From Azolla caroliniana (taxonomy: Eukaryota > Plantae > Polypodiophyta), in assembly GCA_043228905.1 (NCBI GenBank), contig JBHGNT010000004.1:744001-808000 (forward strand): a DNA stretch of 64,000 nucleotides, in the 5' to 3' direction. A program made the translations under genes and the position numbers. This document shows positions 12,230 through 23,813 of the stretch, piece by piece (position 1 is the first letter of the stretch; each line of letters starts with the position of its first letter). The notes beneath the pieces are model-generated. The model saw nothing but the letters and a program-made list of their open reading frames with translations, was not told the DNA's origin and did no database searches.

Positions 12230-13964
12230 AGGTGTTATGAGTTTTCTAATTATCGTGTCATGAGATATGAGCTGTTAGCATGATGCAGTGACTCAAAGCT
12301 AAGATCTATCCCAGAGCATGCAAAAAATGAGAAGGGAAGGATGATCATGTGAGGGCTGATGCTTAAAGTGAAGACAGGTTAATGTTGGTGATAATGTGGA
12401 AAATTATCCATACAGCTGATGCTCACATGGGAAGCACCACTCTTTTAGAAATTGGCCGTGAAACCAACAGCCTAACAATTAATTGATAAGCACCAAGTAC
12501 AATACATGAGCCAATTGATGACCACAGTATAAATCCACCTGTCCAATTAACCAAAATTTGAGGAAAACGATGCACATCCTATGGTAACAAAAGATACTTT
12601 GTGAACCAAATCTTGATTGCACCGCGATCCTCCTCATTGTCCGACCTACCACTAAGGAAGAAGGATTCACCCAAATGTTCCATTGGGTCAATTTCCCCTT
12701 GGACCAATTGAACAACATCTAAGTATAGATGGCCATATCGATGATGCACCCAACAGAACTGAACCAAGAACTCAATATTCTGGGATATCAAGTGAAAGAC
12801 ACTCTCACTCATTTGGACCGTTTTGATAGGAAAACCAAATTGCAACACTCTTAGAAGGAATTTATAACCTCAAATATGTTTGTGGCATACATTATTTTTA
12901 AATATTTGAGGTTACAATTTGACGAGATTCATTTCAACATAGGTGTCACCATTGTTTTTGGGGTCTGACGTACTTTTTTCCCACCTAATTAATTTAAATA
13001 TTTACTTTGATTAGGGGATGGGTTCAGGTAAAAGGTGAGGGAGGTGGCAGGCTAATTTAAGGGAGGATTCTATTTACTTTCAATGTACTCATGCTTTTAA
13101 CCCATTTATAGCAGAATTATTTCTCCATTTTAATGGATCACATTGCACTATATAGAGTTTTGGCTTATAAGTATTTTATATGTCTAGTCGCTTCCCTTGG
13201 AGCTTGTCACAAGTAAAGTATTTGCCATACTCGTTAATAACTGCTCAATTAAACTGAAATTTTGCACACATATGCTTGTTTGGTCTTGTGATTTTCTTAA
13301 CGTTCTTTGGTGAAAGACCAAAGAAGCATGATCATTGAGATAAAGATATTCCTCATCAATTACTCAAGTATACTCCGAGTTCTTTATAACATTGATCTTA
13401 TGATTGATGAATGATAGGAATTCTAAATACTTTTCTTTTAGCTTTCTCCCTTATATTTCTTAATACTTTTCTCATAGTGTCTTAATTGCACTCATTAGTC
13501 ATCAATGGTCTATATCATTAGTGCTGATTTGTTTTACAATCTCTGCCCTAGGTACATGTTAAGTTGCCTATTGCCCATTTACAATGTGTTAAATATTCAA
13601 TGAGGTCTTAAAGCTGAAAAAGGTCATCGTAACTCAATGAACGCTTAAGATTGAAAAAGGTCATCATAAATAATTCATATATATGCTGCAGAGGGAATAA
13701 TGCACACTGGCATCATATCATAACAAAGGAATGGGCAACAATGATGAATTAAAAGCTGGCATTGGGTACAAGTGAATATGCAAAAGAAGGTTCAAACCAA
13801 AGACCTCTCAAACACTTAAAAAGAACATCCCCTGTTTTTTTTTTTCCCTCCATGGCCAAATTTCAAGGGTTCGAGAAGTTGTGGATTTTTTCAGTGTTGT
13901 CCTTTCCTGTTTTTTTTCCTGCATGGCCAAAAGGGAAGGACAACACTGCAATTGAAAGAAGGAG

Positions 13965-16259
13965 ATGGATATAAGCATATGTAAGTGGAAACAATGCTCA
14001 CCCCTTTTGGAGTTACTCAAGGGTTGTGCCAAGAAGAAGGATCTCTGTAAAGGGTCTAAGCTACATGCCCACATTCTGAACAGGGGACTGCATAAAAAGA
14101 ACCCTTATGTGGCCAGCAGTTTGATTAACATGTATGCTAAATGTGGTGTCCTGGAAAACGCTCAGCAAGTGCTCGAAGAACTTCCGACTCGGGATGTTGT
14201 CTCTTGGTCTGCGTTGATTGCAGGGTATGCCCATCACAGTCGAGGTCATGATGCATTGAATTGCTTTTCTCGGATGCAACGGGAAGGCATCTCTCCAAAT
14301 GCAATCACATTCATTTCCATTCTTAAGGCCTGTGGTAGCATAGGGGATATTGAGAAGGGCAAGCAGATTCATGATGAGATTGTGAATAAGGGATTGCTGA
14401 ACAAAAACATTGTGCTTGCCAATGCCTTAGTGGACATGTATGCCAAATGTGGTCTTGTTGCAAAAGCACAAGATGTGTTCGATGATCTTCCCACCCGAAA
14501 TGTGGTCACTTGGAACACAGTTATTGCAGGGTATACTCAGCATGAGCAACCTCATAAGGCACTCGACTATTTTATTCGTATGCAGCGAGAGGGTTTCTCC
14601 CCAAGTGTGGCTACCTATGCTAGCGTCCTCAAGGTGTGTGGCAACATTGGAGCCATAGACAAGGGCATACAGATTCATGATGAGATTATTGGGAAGGGAT
14701 TATTGAATCACAATATTGCTCTCGGGAATGCGTTGGTTAATATGTATGCCAAATGCGGGTTTCTTTCAAGAGCCCACAAAGTACATGAAGAACTTGCAAA
14801 CCGAGATGTTGTCTCTTGGAATGCATTAATCACAGGGTACAATCAAGAGGGGAAAGGCCATGAAGCACTTGGCTGTTTTGAAGGGATGGAAAGAGAGGGT
14901 ATCTCTCCAAATGATGTCACCTTCATTTGCATTCTTAAAGCTTGTGGCTGCATACAAGCGATTGAAAAGGGTGAACAAATTCATGATGAGATTGTCAACA
15001 GGGGTTTGCTGGAGAAAAATATTATGATTGGCAATGCCTTGACGGACATGTATGTGAAATGTGGTGCACTTGGAAAAGCACAACAAGTGCTTCACATGCT
15101 TCCTGTTCGAGACATAGTTACTTGGTCCACACTAATTTCAGGGTACACCCAAGAGGGTCGAGCTCATGAAGCACTTAACTGTTTTATACAAATGCAAAAG
15201 GATGGTCTCTCTCCCAATGAGGTCACCTTCATTAGTGTTCTCAAGGCTTGTGGCAGCATAGGAGCTATTGATAAAGGCAAACATATTCACAAGGAGATTG
15301 TTGGTAGGGGTTTGTTAAAGGAAAATATGATGCTCGGAAATGCATTGGTTGATATGTATGTGAAATGTGGTGAGCTTGCGAGAGCGCAACAAGTGGTAGA
15401 GGAGCTTGATGTCCGTAGTGTAGTCTCTTGGAACACATTGATTGCAGGGTATACCCAAGAGGAGCAAGGTCACAAAGCACTGGCATGTTTTGCATTGATG
15501 CAAAGGGAGGGCCTCGCTCCAAATGAGGTTACATTCACTTGCATCTTAAATGCATGTGGCAGCATAGGAGCTATTGATAAAGGAAAGCAAATCCACAATC
15601 TTATTGTGGGTGGGAAGTTGATGGACGATAACATTGTGCTTGGTACCGCTTTGATGGATATGTATGCAAAATGTGGTGTACTTGCCAAAGCACAACAAGT
15701 CCTTGAAGAGCTTCCCTTTCGGAATGTTGTCTCTTGGAGTGCACTTATTGCGGGGTACGCTCTAGAGGGGCGTTGTCACCAAGCAATAGATTGCTTCGAG
15801 CAGATGGAAAGAGAAGGTCTCTCTCCAAACGAGATAACCTTTCTATGTCTTCTGAATGCGTTTAGCCACTCCGGGAAATCGGATGAGGCTCAAATGTATT
15901 ATGAGAATATGAAGAAAACATATGGGATCACACCTAAGTTAGAGCACGATACTTGCATGGTGCTCACTTTTGGATTCTCAGGGCAATTCGACAAGGCAAT
16001 GTCTGTTATTTCGACAATGCAATCTTCTTCCGAGGACGCGTCCCTCTGGCTTGCTTTGCTAAGTACTTGTCGAAAATGGGGAAATGTGAAGCTTGGGAGG
16101 TTGGCATTTGATCAGGCAATCCAACTCAACAATCAACTTGCGGCATCATACACCCTTATGGCTGATATATATGGAGCTGCTGGATTATTAGAGGATGCAC
16201 AAAAGGTTGAAGCCATGAGAGTAAAGAGTGTAGTGGCAAGAAATGCTTGCTGGGGTTAA
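13965..16259 (+). CDS. PLS-E class PPR protein, 6 P-L-S units
   Basis: 764-aa intronless ORF, same unit, E domain ending EDAQKVEAMRVKSVVARNACWG; no DYW zinc motifs. Confidence 0.95.
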   Translation: MDISICKWKQCSPLLELLKGCAKKKDLCKGSKLHAHILNRGLHKKNPYVASSLINMYAKCGVLENAQQVLEELPTRDVVSWSALIAGYAHHSRGHDALNCFSRMQREGISPNAITFISILKACGSIGDIEKGKQIHDEIVNKGLLNKNIVLANALVDMYAKCGLVAKAQDVFDDLPTRNVVTWNTVIAGYTQHEQPHKALDYFIRMQREGFSPSVATYASVLKVCGNIGAIDKGIQIHDEIIGKGLLNHNIALGNALVNMYAKCGFLSRAHKVHEELANRDVVSWNALITGYNQEGKGHEALGCFEGMEREGISPNDVTFICILKACGCIQAIEKGEQIHDEIVNRGLLEKNIMIGNALTDMYVKCGALGKAQQVLHMLPVRDIVTWSTLISGYTQEGRAHEALNCFIQMQKDGLSPNEVTFISVLKACGSIGAIDKGKHIHKEIVGRGLLKENMMLGNALVDMYVKCGELARAQQVVEELDVRSVVSWNTLIAGYTQEEQGHKALACFALMQREGLAPNEVTFTCILNACGSIGAIDKGKQIHNLIVGGKLMDDNIVLGTALMDMYAKCGVLAKAQQVLEELPFRNVVSWSALIAGYALEGRCHQAIDCFEQMEREGLSPNEITFLCLLNAFSHSGKSDEAQMYYENMKKTYGITPKLEHDTCMVLTFGFSGQFDKAMSVISTMQSSSEDASLWLALLSTCRKWGNVKLGRLAFDQAIQLNNQLAASYTLMADIYGAAGLLEDAQKVEAMRVKSVVARNACWG

Positions 16260-16614
16260 TAATGTAAGTCAAATCTTTGTTGGGTTTCTATGCTTGCCCA
16301 TGCTTTGAGTGTAAATGTGAAGCGATTTCTTTGAAAGAAGAATTGTCTCGATGATGGATGTGCAAGGGTACAAACATCTCATCATCAGGTGCCAAGATAT
16401 ACGGGAAACACACAAAACATACTCCCTACTGTTTTCCGACTATTTCTGTCGGAAAAAATGAAAAAAATGCCAGAACACATCAGGGGTATTTGGCTAATGT
16501 CACTGCCTGGGAAATATATACGGGTGAAACAAAAACGAAATGTATTGAAATATAAGGACGTTGGGAATGGGATTTTAACTTATTAATATAGCAATTTCAT
16601 ATACCTTCAAGCAT

Positions 16615-16688
16615 GTCTGGATGGTGTAGTTGGTTATCACGCTAGTCTCACACACTAGAGGTCTCCGGTTCGAGTCCGGGTTCAGACA
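16615..16688 (+). tRNA. tRNA-Val(CAC)
   Basis: GTCTGGATGGTGTAGTTGGTTATCACGCTAGTCTCACACACTAGAGGTCTCCGGTTCGAGTCCGGGTTCAGACA: paired acceptor stem, anticodon arm CTAGT-ctCACac-ACTAG, TTCGA T-loop; T runs downstream. Confidence 0.95.
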
Positions 16689-18570
16689 TACAATTGTACT
16701 TTTAGTTTTTAGATGTGTTGTTTTGTTTATCTAATAAATAAATAGCATTGTCGATTCTAATAACCCTCATTTTTTTAAAAGAAGAATCTGAACTAAGTCA
16801 ATCAAGCTACATAATATGTAATGGTTCTAATCCTTTCCTCTCAAGTAAGCCAACTTACCCCAAATTATTTATTTATTTTCCCTAACATGTATGCATGTAC
16901 AACTTGCCAAAATTTGCTTAGATTGTTTGTCACAAAATTTAATATGTGCATCAACATCATATCATAGATTCCATTCTATAATACATATATGTACGCCGCC
17001 CACCTTCACACCATAATGCTCTTGAACATGAAATAATCACTTTGTTATTCGTCGTCCCCTTCCATCTTTATCACATTAAATCATGGAATCAAGCATCATT
17101 CCAATATGGTAGCATTTGCAATCAGTATTATGGCGTGTTACAATGTTCCATGAACTATATATCTAGCTTTCTTGAAACATCTTGGAATTATGCATGTTAT
17201 TATAATATATCGATGTGCCAAAGCACTAGTTGTTGGTCATACCGATTTTAATTATTACTTACATGTTGGTGTTATCTTTGTTACGTTGTAGAACGGTGCA
17301 TACATAAACATAGTGGGTTCAATAGCTCACGTATGTGTCGATCCTTATCTTTTATTCAACGTGGGAATGAAATTTGGATGTAATTAGCATGCAAATCACC
17401 TTTTTTGAGGCTCCATCCTATGTTATAGCTCATTATGAAGTGGGTAAGATTGATATAGCTAGAAATGTGCTTAAGATTGAGATCCTCTAGGTATATGACT
17501 CAAAGTTTAGATCACCAACAAAACCAGACCCTTGAGGAAACTTGGGACGAACATCTAAAATATTTAGGAAGAACGTAAACATTATAATGTATTGAACAAA
17601 GTTACTTCATGAGATTCAAGGTTTTCGAAACGTTTGTCTCGTTATATTCGCATTGTACATTATTGCGAACGAAAATTTAGTGAATCATCCAAATCAACAA
17701 ATGTTGTTGAATTAAGTTTATGGAATTGATTAATTTGGAGTACACTTTTTATTGCTTTGATTGAAATACCTCGGGAGTATGTAATTAACTTGACTTGTAA
17801 CAAATTTTTGTTTTTGATGGTCTATACCTAAAGTCATAGTTAAAATTTTGAGTTTTAGCACATAAATTAGTTCGACTAATCAAAGATGTTTATGGTGCAA
17901 AAGAAAACGATCAGAATAAAGTAGAAATTTGAAAGATAGATGGTCTTCGAATGTGACCGAAACAAGAAAATTTCATCATTTGATCCCGTAAGTTAGGAAA
18001 AACTTAAAAAGGGGGTTAGCTAAATTAAGTTGCACTTTACGATTGGTTTGAACAGCAGCTATCAAGCACATACAAGATTTTCAAAGGGCCAAGATCGTGT
18101 TGGTTAAAGCTCAGTAGATGGTGCTGATGCTGATGATTTGTACATAAGGACGGTAGCAATAATGATTATAACAATTCTGTTTTACAGATGTTGATCATTA
18201 AAAGTCTGTAAATATTATATTGCCATCGTTAATCAATCGAACGTAACCTGAAATCTTTTGACAAGAAATCTTAAGTGAACTTACCTAACATGATTGATTG
18301 TGGGGCTATCTAATTTTTTGTGATTTCTATCATTGATTGATTTGTTTATTTTGCATCTTCGGTTGCTTGTTCTGAGGCTCCCTGCAGGCGAGCCTCATTA
18401 TGAGGGTTACCCCTGTTATAAATAAGTACATCAAAAGCCAATGAAATAAAGCCCAGTGCATCTATTCGAATAATTTTAAATGGGGAAGTTAGGGGATGGA
18501 AAGAGCCTATATCAGCACTGATTATGGCCACATCTCAACACTTGGATATTTAAAAGCCTGATGTAATTGT

Positions 18571-21165
18571 ATGGACGATGTTGCTGCCTTGGTTGAGCTA
18601 CTCAAAGCTTGTGCCAAGAAGAAGGACCTCTGTCATGGGTCCAGGCTACATGCCCACATTCTCAATAGAGGATTGCATCACAACAACCCATATGTGTCCA
18701 GCAGTTTGATTAACATGTATGCCAAATGCGGTGCCCTCACAAAAGCTCAGCAAGTGCTTGAATGTCTTCCCACTCGAGATGTCTTCTCTTGGTCTGCGAT
18801 GATCACGGGGTATGCCCAGCACGGTCGTGATCTTGATGCATTGAATTGCTTCTCTAGGATGCAAAGAGAAGGCATCTCTCCAAACAGAGTTACTTTCATG
18901 TCCATCTTGAAGGCTTGTGGCAGCGTAGGGGCTATTGACAAGGGCAAACAAATTCATGATGAGATCGTCAAATGCGGCTTGCTTGACAAAAGCATCATGC
19001 TTGGCACTGCTTTGGTGGATATGTATGCCAAATGTGGCTTGCTCACAAAGGCACAGCATGTGCTTCAAGATCTTCCTGTCAGGAACACTTTCGTTTGGTC
19101 GGCATTACTTACAGGTTATACTCAAGAGGGACGAGGTCATGAGGCACTGATCTGTTTTGACGAGATGCAAAAGGAGGGTCATTCCCCCGATTGGGTCACA
19201 TTCACTTCTGTTGTGAAAGCTTGTGGTAGCATAGGAGCCATTGATAAGGGCAAACACATTCATGATGAGATTGTCAGAAGAGGTTTGTTGACGAAAAATA
19301 CTGTGCTTGGCAATGCTTTGGTGGATATGTATGCCAAATGTGGTGTGATTGCAAAGGCACAACAAGTGCTTGAAGACCTTCCTATCCGGAATGTCATCTC
19401 CTGGTCTACACTTATTGCAGGGTACACCCAAGTGGGGCAAGCTGAAAAAGCACTTGATTGTTTAGACAGGATGCAGAGGGAGGGCCTCTCTCCAAATAAT
19501 GTTACCTTTATTTGCATTCTAAAGGCCTGTGGTGGCATAGGATCTATTGAGAAGGGAGAACAAATTCACAATCAGATTGTCAGCATGGGTTTGCTGGATA
19601 AGAATATTATGCTCGGAAATGCCTTGATAAATATGTATGCCAAATGTGGTGCTCTAGAAAAAGCTGAGGAAGTTCTTGAGAAACTTCCAGTTCGAGATGT
19701 AGTCTCTTGGAATGCACTAATTGCAGGATATGTGCAACAGAAACAAGGCCAGAAAGCACTCAATTGTTTTTTGTGGATGCAAAGGGAGGGCCTCTCACCA
19801 ACAGAGATCACATTCGTTTGCATCTTGAAGACCTGTGGTAGCCTTGAGGCTGTTGATAAAGGACAGCAAGTTCACAATGATGTTATTAATAGGGGTATGT
19901 TAGAGAAGAATGCCGTACTTGGTAATGCTTTGGTGGATATGTATGTGAAATGTGGTTTTCTTGAAAAAGCCCAAGGAGTGCTTGATAACCTCCAAGTTCG
20001 GAATGTGGTGACTTGGAATGCACTAATTGTCGGGTATGCCCAACATGAGCAAGGTGAACAAGCATTAAACTGTTTTGCGGAGATGCAAAGGGAAGGCCTC
20101 ATTCCCGATGAAATCACCTTCACCAGCATCTTGAAGTCTTGTGGCAGCCTAGGAGCCATTGACAAGGGGAAACTAATTCATGATGAGATTTTGCGTAGGG
20201 GCTTGATTAAGGAAAATATTGTGCTTAGCACTGCTTTGGTGGATATGTATGCAAAATGTGGTCTGTTTGAACAAGCACAACAAATGCTTGAAGACCTTCA
20301 TGTTCAAGACATGGTCTCTTGGAGTGCATTACTTGCAGGGTATGCCCAAGAGGGGCAAGGCCACGAAGCACTAAACTGTTTTGTGCAGATGCAAAAGGAG
20401 GGATTTGCTCCAAATGAGGTCACCTTTTCTAGCATCTTGAAGGCATGTGGAAGCATTGGAGCCATTGATAAAGGCAAACAAATTCACAATGACATCATTA
20501 ATCAGGGATTATTGGACAAGAACACCCTGCTTAGTGTTTCCTTGGTGGATATGTACGTGAAATGTGGTGCGATTGCAATGGCGAGGGATGTGCTTGACAA
20601 GCTTCCTGTGCGTGATACAATATCTTGGTCGGCACTTATAGCTGGATATGCTCAAAAGGGGAATTTTAGTGAAGCGCTTAATTGTTTTGAACAAATGGAG
20701 CAAGAGGGTCTCTCTCCGAATGAAATAACCTTTCTCTGTGTGCTAACTGCATGTCTTCACTCCGGGAAATTAAATGAGGCACAAATGTATTATGAGAATA
20801 TAGTTACAAAATATGGAATGACACCAACATTAGAGCACCATACCTGCATGGTGGTAGTATTTGGATTATCAGGACATTTTGACAAGGTAATTTCTGTGAT
20901 TAAGACAGTACCATCTACTGATGTTCCATCAGCTTGGCTTACATTATTGTCTTTCTGTAGAAAATGGGGAAATGTAGAACTGGCCAGATTAGCTTTTGAT
21001 CAGATAATACAAATGGATAGTAAAACTTCAGCAGCTTATGTCCTTATGGCAAATGTTTTCGCAGATATAGGCATACAAGAGGATGCAGAAAAGGTGCGAG
21101 CTATGGGGAATGAACTCTCTCTTCTTTGTGAGGAACCATTTAAGTTGATGCAGGAAGAAGGATGA
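18571..21165 (+). CDS. PLS-E class PPR protein, 7 P-L-S units
   Basis: 864-aa intronless ORF; N-terminal LVELLKACAKKKDL motif shared with neighbours; E1/E2 at C-terminus. Confidence 0.95.
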   Translation: MDDVAALVELLKACAKKKDLCHGSRLHAHILNRGLHHNNPYVSSSLINMYAKCGALTKAQQVLECLPTRDVFSWSAMITGYAQHGRDLDALNCFSRMQREGISPNRVTFMSILKACGSVGAIDKGKQIHDEIVKCGLLDKSIMLGTALVDMYAKCGLLTKAQHVLQDLPVRNTFVWSALLTGYTQEGRGHEALICFDEMQKEGHSPDWVTFTSVVKACGSIGAIDKGKHIHDEIVRRGLLTKNTVLGNALVDMYAKCGVIAKAQQVLEDLPIRNVISWSTLIAGYTQVGQAEKALDCLDRMQREGLSPNNVTFICILKACGGIGSIEKGEQIHNQIVSMGLLDKNIMLGNALINMYAKCGALEKAEEVLEKLPVRDVVSWNALIAGYVQQKQGQKALNCFLWMQREGLSPTEITFVCILKTCGSLEAVDKGQQVHNDVINRGMLEKNAVLGNALVDMYVKCGFLEKAQGVLDNLQVRNVVTWNALIVGYAQHEQGEQALNCFAEMQREGLIPDEITFTSILKSCGSLGAIDKGKLIHDEILRRGLIKENIVLSTALVDMYAKCGLFEQAQQMLEDLHVQDMVSWSALLAGYAQEGQGHEALNCFVQMQKEGFAPNEVTFSSILKACGSIGAIDKGKQIHNDIINQGLLDKNTLLSVSLVDMYVKCGAIAMARDVLDKLPVRDTISWSALIAGYAQKGNFSEALNCFEQMEQEGLSPNEITFLCVLTACLHSGKLNEAQMYYENIVTKYGMTPTLEHHTCMVVVFGLSGHFDKVISVIKTVPSTDVPSAWLTLLSFCRKWGNVELARLAFDQIIQMDSKTSAAYVLMANVFADIGIQEDAEKVRAMGNELSLLCEEPFKLMQEEG

Positions 21166-23612
21166 ACCATTATCCTGAATGTGTGAAACACATGTCTCAA
21201 ATGTTGGAAGGCATCATGCGAAATTGACCATTGCATGTGATCTCATTAAGTACATCATTGTGAGTAATATTTGAGTCTACAAGAAATAGATGAATGCCAT
21301 TGCAGTTGAACATTTTTGAAGATGAAAGATACAGTTGGTACTACATGACTGAACTTCTGGAAGCTTTTTTATTCACAAAAATGAGATACAAAATGCTACT
21401 ATCAAATTCACATCCCCAATCTTGAGAGATAATTGTTGCAGTTGCCAACAATTAATTACAAAACACTGAATGCAGTCCTAATATGGAAAATTGAACAACG
21501 AATAGTTGTTTCTTGCTTTTGCCATTCAAACATAAGAAATGGTTTAGGAAAGCAGAGGGATAGAGTTTTGAAACAGAGGGAACAATGCCCTGTTTTTGAG
21601 ATATCACTGAAAGTCCATCTTTTCAGGTAAATCTTTCTGTGGAAAAAAATAATCTACTTAATGCCTGAATGTGCCTGCCTGCCTACAAGTTTCCATATGG
21701 TCATGGAATGGAAATGGCCAAAATTTCTCAAATTCACTTGCATAACATCTCAGCTCGGTTTTACTAAGGGATTCTTCAGTCACTAATACATTACAGAATA
21801 TGTTCTGGATGCAACCAAAATGGCTCAGAATCCATTTCTTAAATGGTGAATGCATCTTAAAGATCAAGATATTGGAAGTGATTGATCCAATGAAAATTAA
21901 GCGAGACACAAGATCATGACGTGGGTTAGTGGGATGTGGGTCCAACGTCCTCTTGTTTTCTGTGGACGATCATGTCCTCCCTTGATTCCAACTTTATTAC
22001 CCATCATTCAGATATTCTAAGGGCAGTGTTTACACATGGCTCAGAGATTTCTGCAGGCATCTCTAACGTGTGGACAAGCATTTTGCGGACAGATATTCCT
22101 GCAGATTTCTCTTCGGTCTGGTGGGGTTTTTAATGAGATGGAGTCATATCAGATTTATGGTTGTTCATGGTGACAAATTTTGACTTCACTTTTCACATCA
22201 TGTGGATGCCACAGGAAGAAGATGTTTCTGTGGACTCATGTTTGGATGGTTGATCTGGATGTTACTGATCAAAACATTTTAATGGCATGCTACTGTGGAT
22301 TTGGGAGGGTAGACTACTTTTTGCCATTTGGAATAGGATTCATGACAGTGGGTATGGCCATCTGATCCACATCAAGGTGCTCTTGTTTCTTACTTTGCCT
22401 GGATTGTAATACGCTTTGGTTACATGCTGAAACTACAGCATTAGTTACATGCTGGAATTTTTTCAAGTTTTCTTAAGTCATTTTTGGTCGTATATTTAGT
22501 GTCTAACCTGAGTGTACTCTCTGATTGCAAAAGCAGGACTGCCCGTGTGTACGTACTTGGACATGACCTCGTTTGTGGTTGATGTGATAAACATGCACCA
22601 AATTGTCAGGTTCACTGCTTGTGAGTTTCCGTGCATGCCACATGGTCAGCCTTTTACTATGCCATGCTGAGTTTTACACCAGTTATCTCCCTTGGAAACA
22701 GTACTTTGGTTTCTGTTCAAGCTGGGGATCCATTTACTCTATGAGGACATTTCTCGGATCCCATTTTTATACTGAGGTTTCTGGGATTTTAGGGATAACA
22801 CTGGGATACAATCATCTGGACATTGGATGTTTCACATGATGTACACTTGAAATGATGCAGAGGATCAACTATATGGTTTAGGGCTTTAACAATCTGCCTC
22901 TTCTTCTTTCACCCATTGGAAAGTTATGACAATATTTATACGAAAGCCAATTTTTGTGACCTTAATAATTCTGGAACTTCTGGAAACTTCAAGAGGATTC
23001 AGACATCTCTCATGTCCGTGACACTGTTGATCCATATGCCCATGATGACGAATGGGAAATATCTCCTTTGCAAATTATTTCAATTTAACGAGCAATTTAA
23101 AGTCATGTGGCTTCCCTCATATACACTTGTGACTTAACTTTTAGAAACAAATATTGTTTTTACAAACACATGGCTAGCCGTTTTCAAGGGAAGAATACCC
23201 TCAAGCTTCAAGCAATTATATCGCTCAGTGGATACTGACTGCAGCTTGCTTCTCAAATTTATATGACCAATTATACCCAAAGCAGCTCATGCATTAGGAG
23301 CAAGCAGAAAACCCTAGATTTGAACTTGTTGCCATTTGAGTTTCACAAACGGCTCTTGGAATGGGCCTTAGATTGGAATAAAATACATGAGCTTTCAAAG
23401 ACTGAATATTGCTTAGATAAGCCTTCGATGCTCTAACATTAGGAATGAAATATTTAGGTTACAAACACACTTTTTCTCCATGGAATGATCAAATAATCAG
23501 GGTACATATGCGTGGATCCTGGGCATATAAACCTGTTGAAAACTGTTAACCTTATGATGAGTAAATGTTGCATGCACAGTAAATCACTTGACAATGTCCT
23601 GCATCATCCCCC

Positions 23613-23760
23613 CAGGTTCACTTATGTTTCACTGCTATGCATTTAAAGAAAGTAGCTAAAACAAGGAAGATATACCGGATGTATGGTACAGGTTCCCTCA
23701 TGTTCACTGCTATGCATTTCAAGGCAGTAGCTAAAACAAGGAACACATAACGGATGTATG
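23613..23760. repeat. Degenerate tandem duplication, about 76 bp x2
   Basis: caggttc...ttcactgctatgcattt...agtagctaaaacaaggaa...cggatgtatg occurs twice back to back. Confidence 0.8.
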
Positions 23761-23813
23761 CTATTCACAATACATGACATGAACTCTCCATCGAAATTTG
23801 CAATATCATCTCA

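Noticed and set aside
12480-12900. Possible LINE reverse transcriptase remnant (YKFLLRVLQFGFP)
   Set aside because: Single weak motif; the expected RQGxPLSP and YADD motifs were not found.
21300-23520. Possible decayed gene or retroelement between the convergent PPR genes
   Set aside because: Only short broken frames with no motif I can assign.
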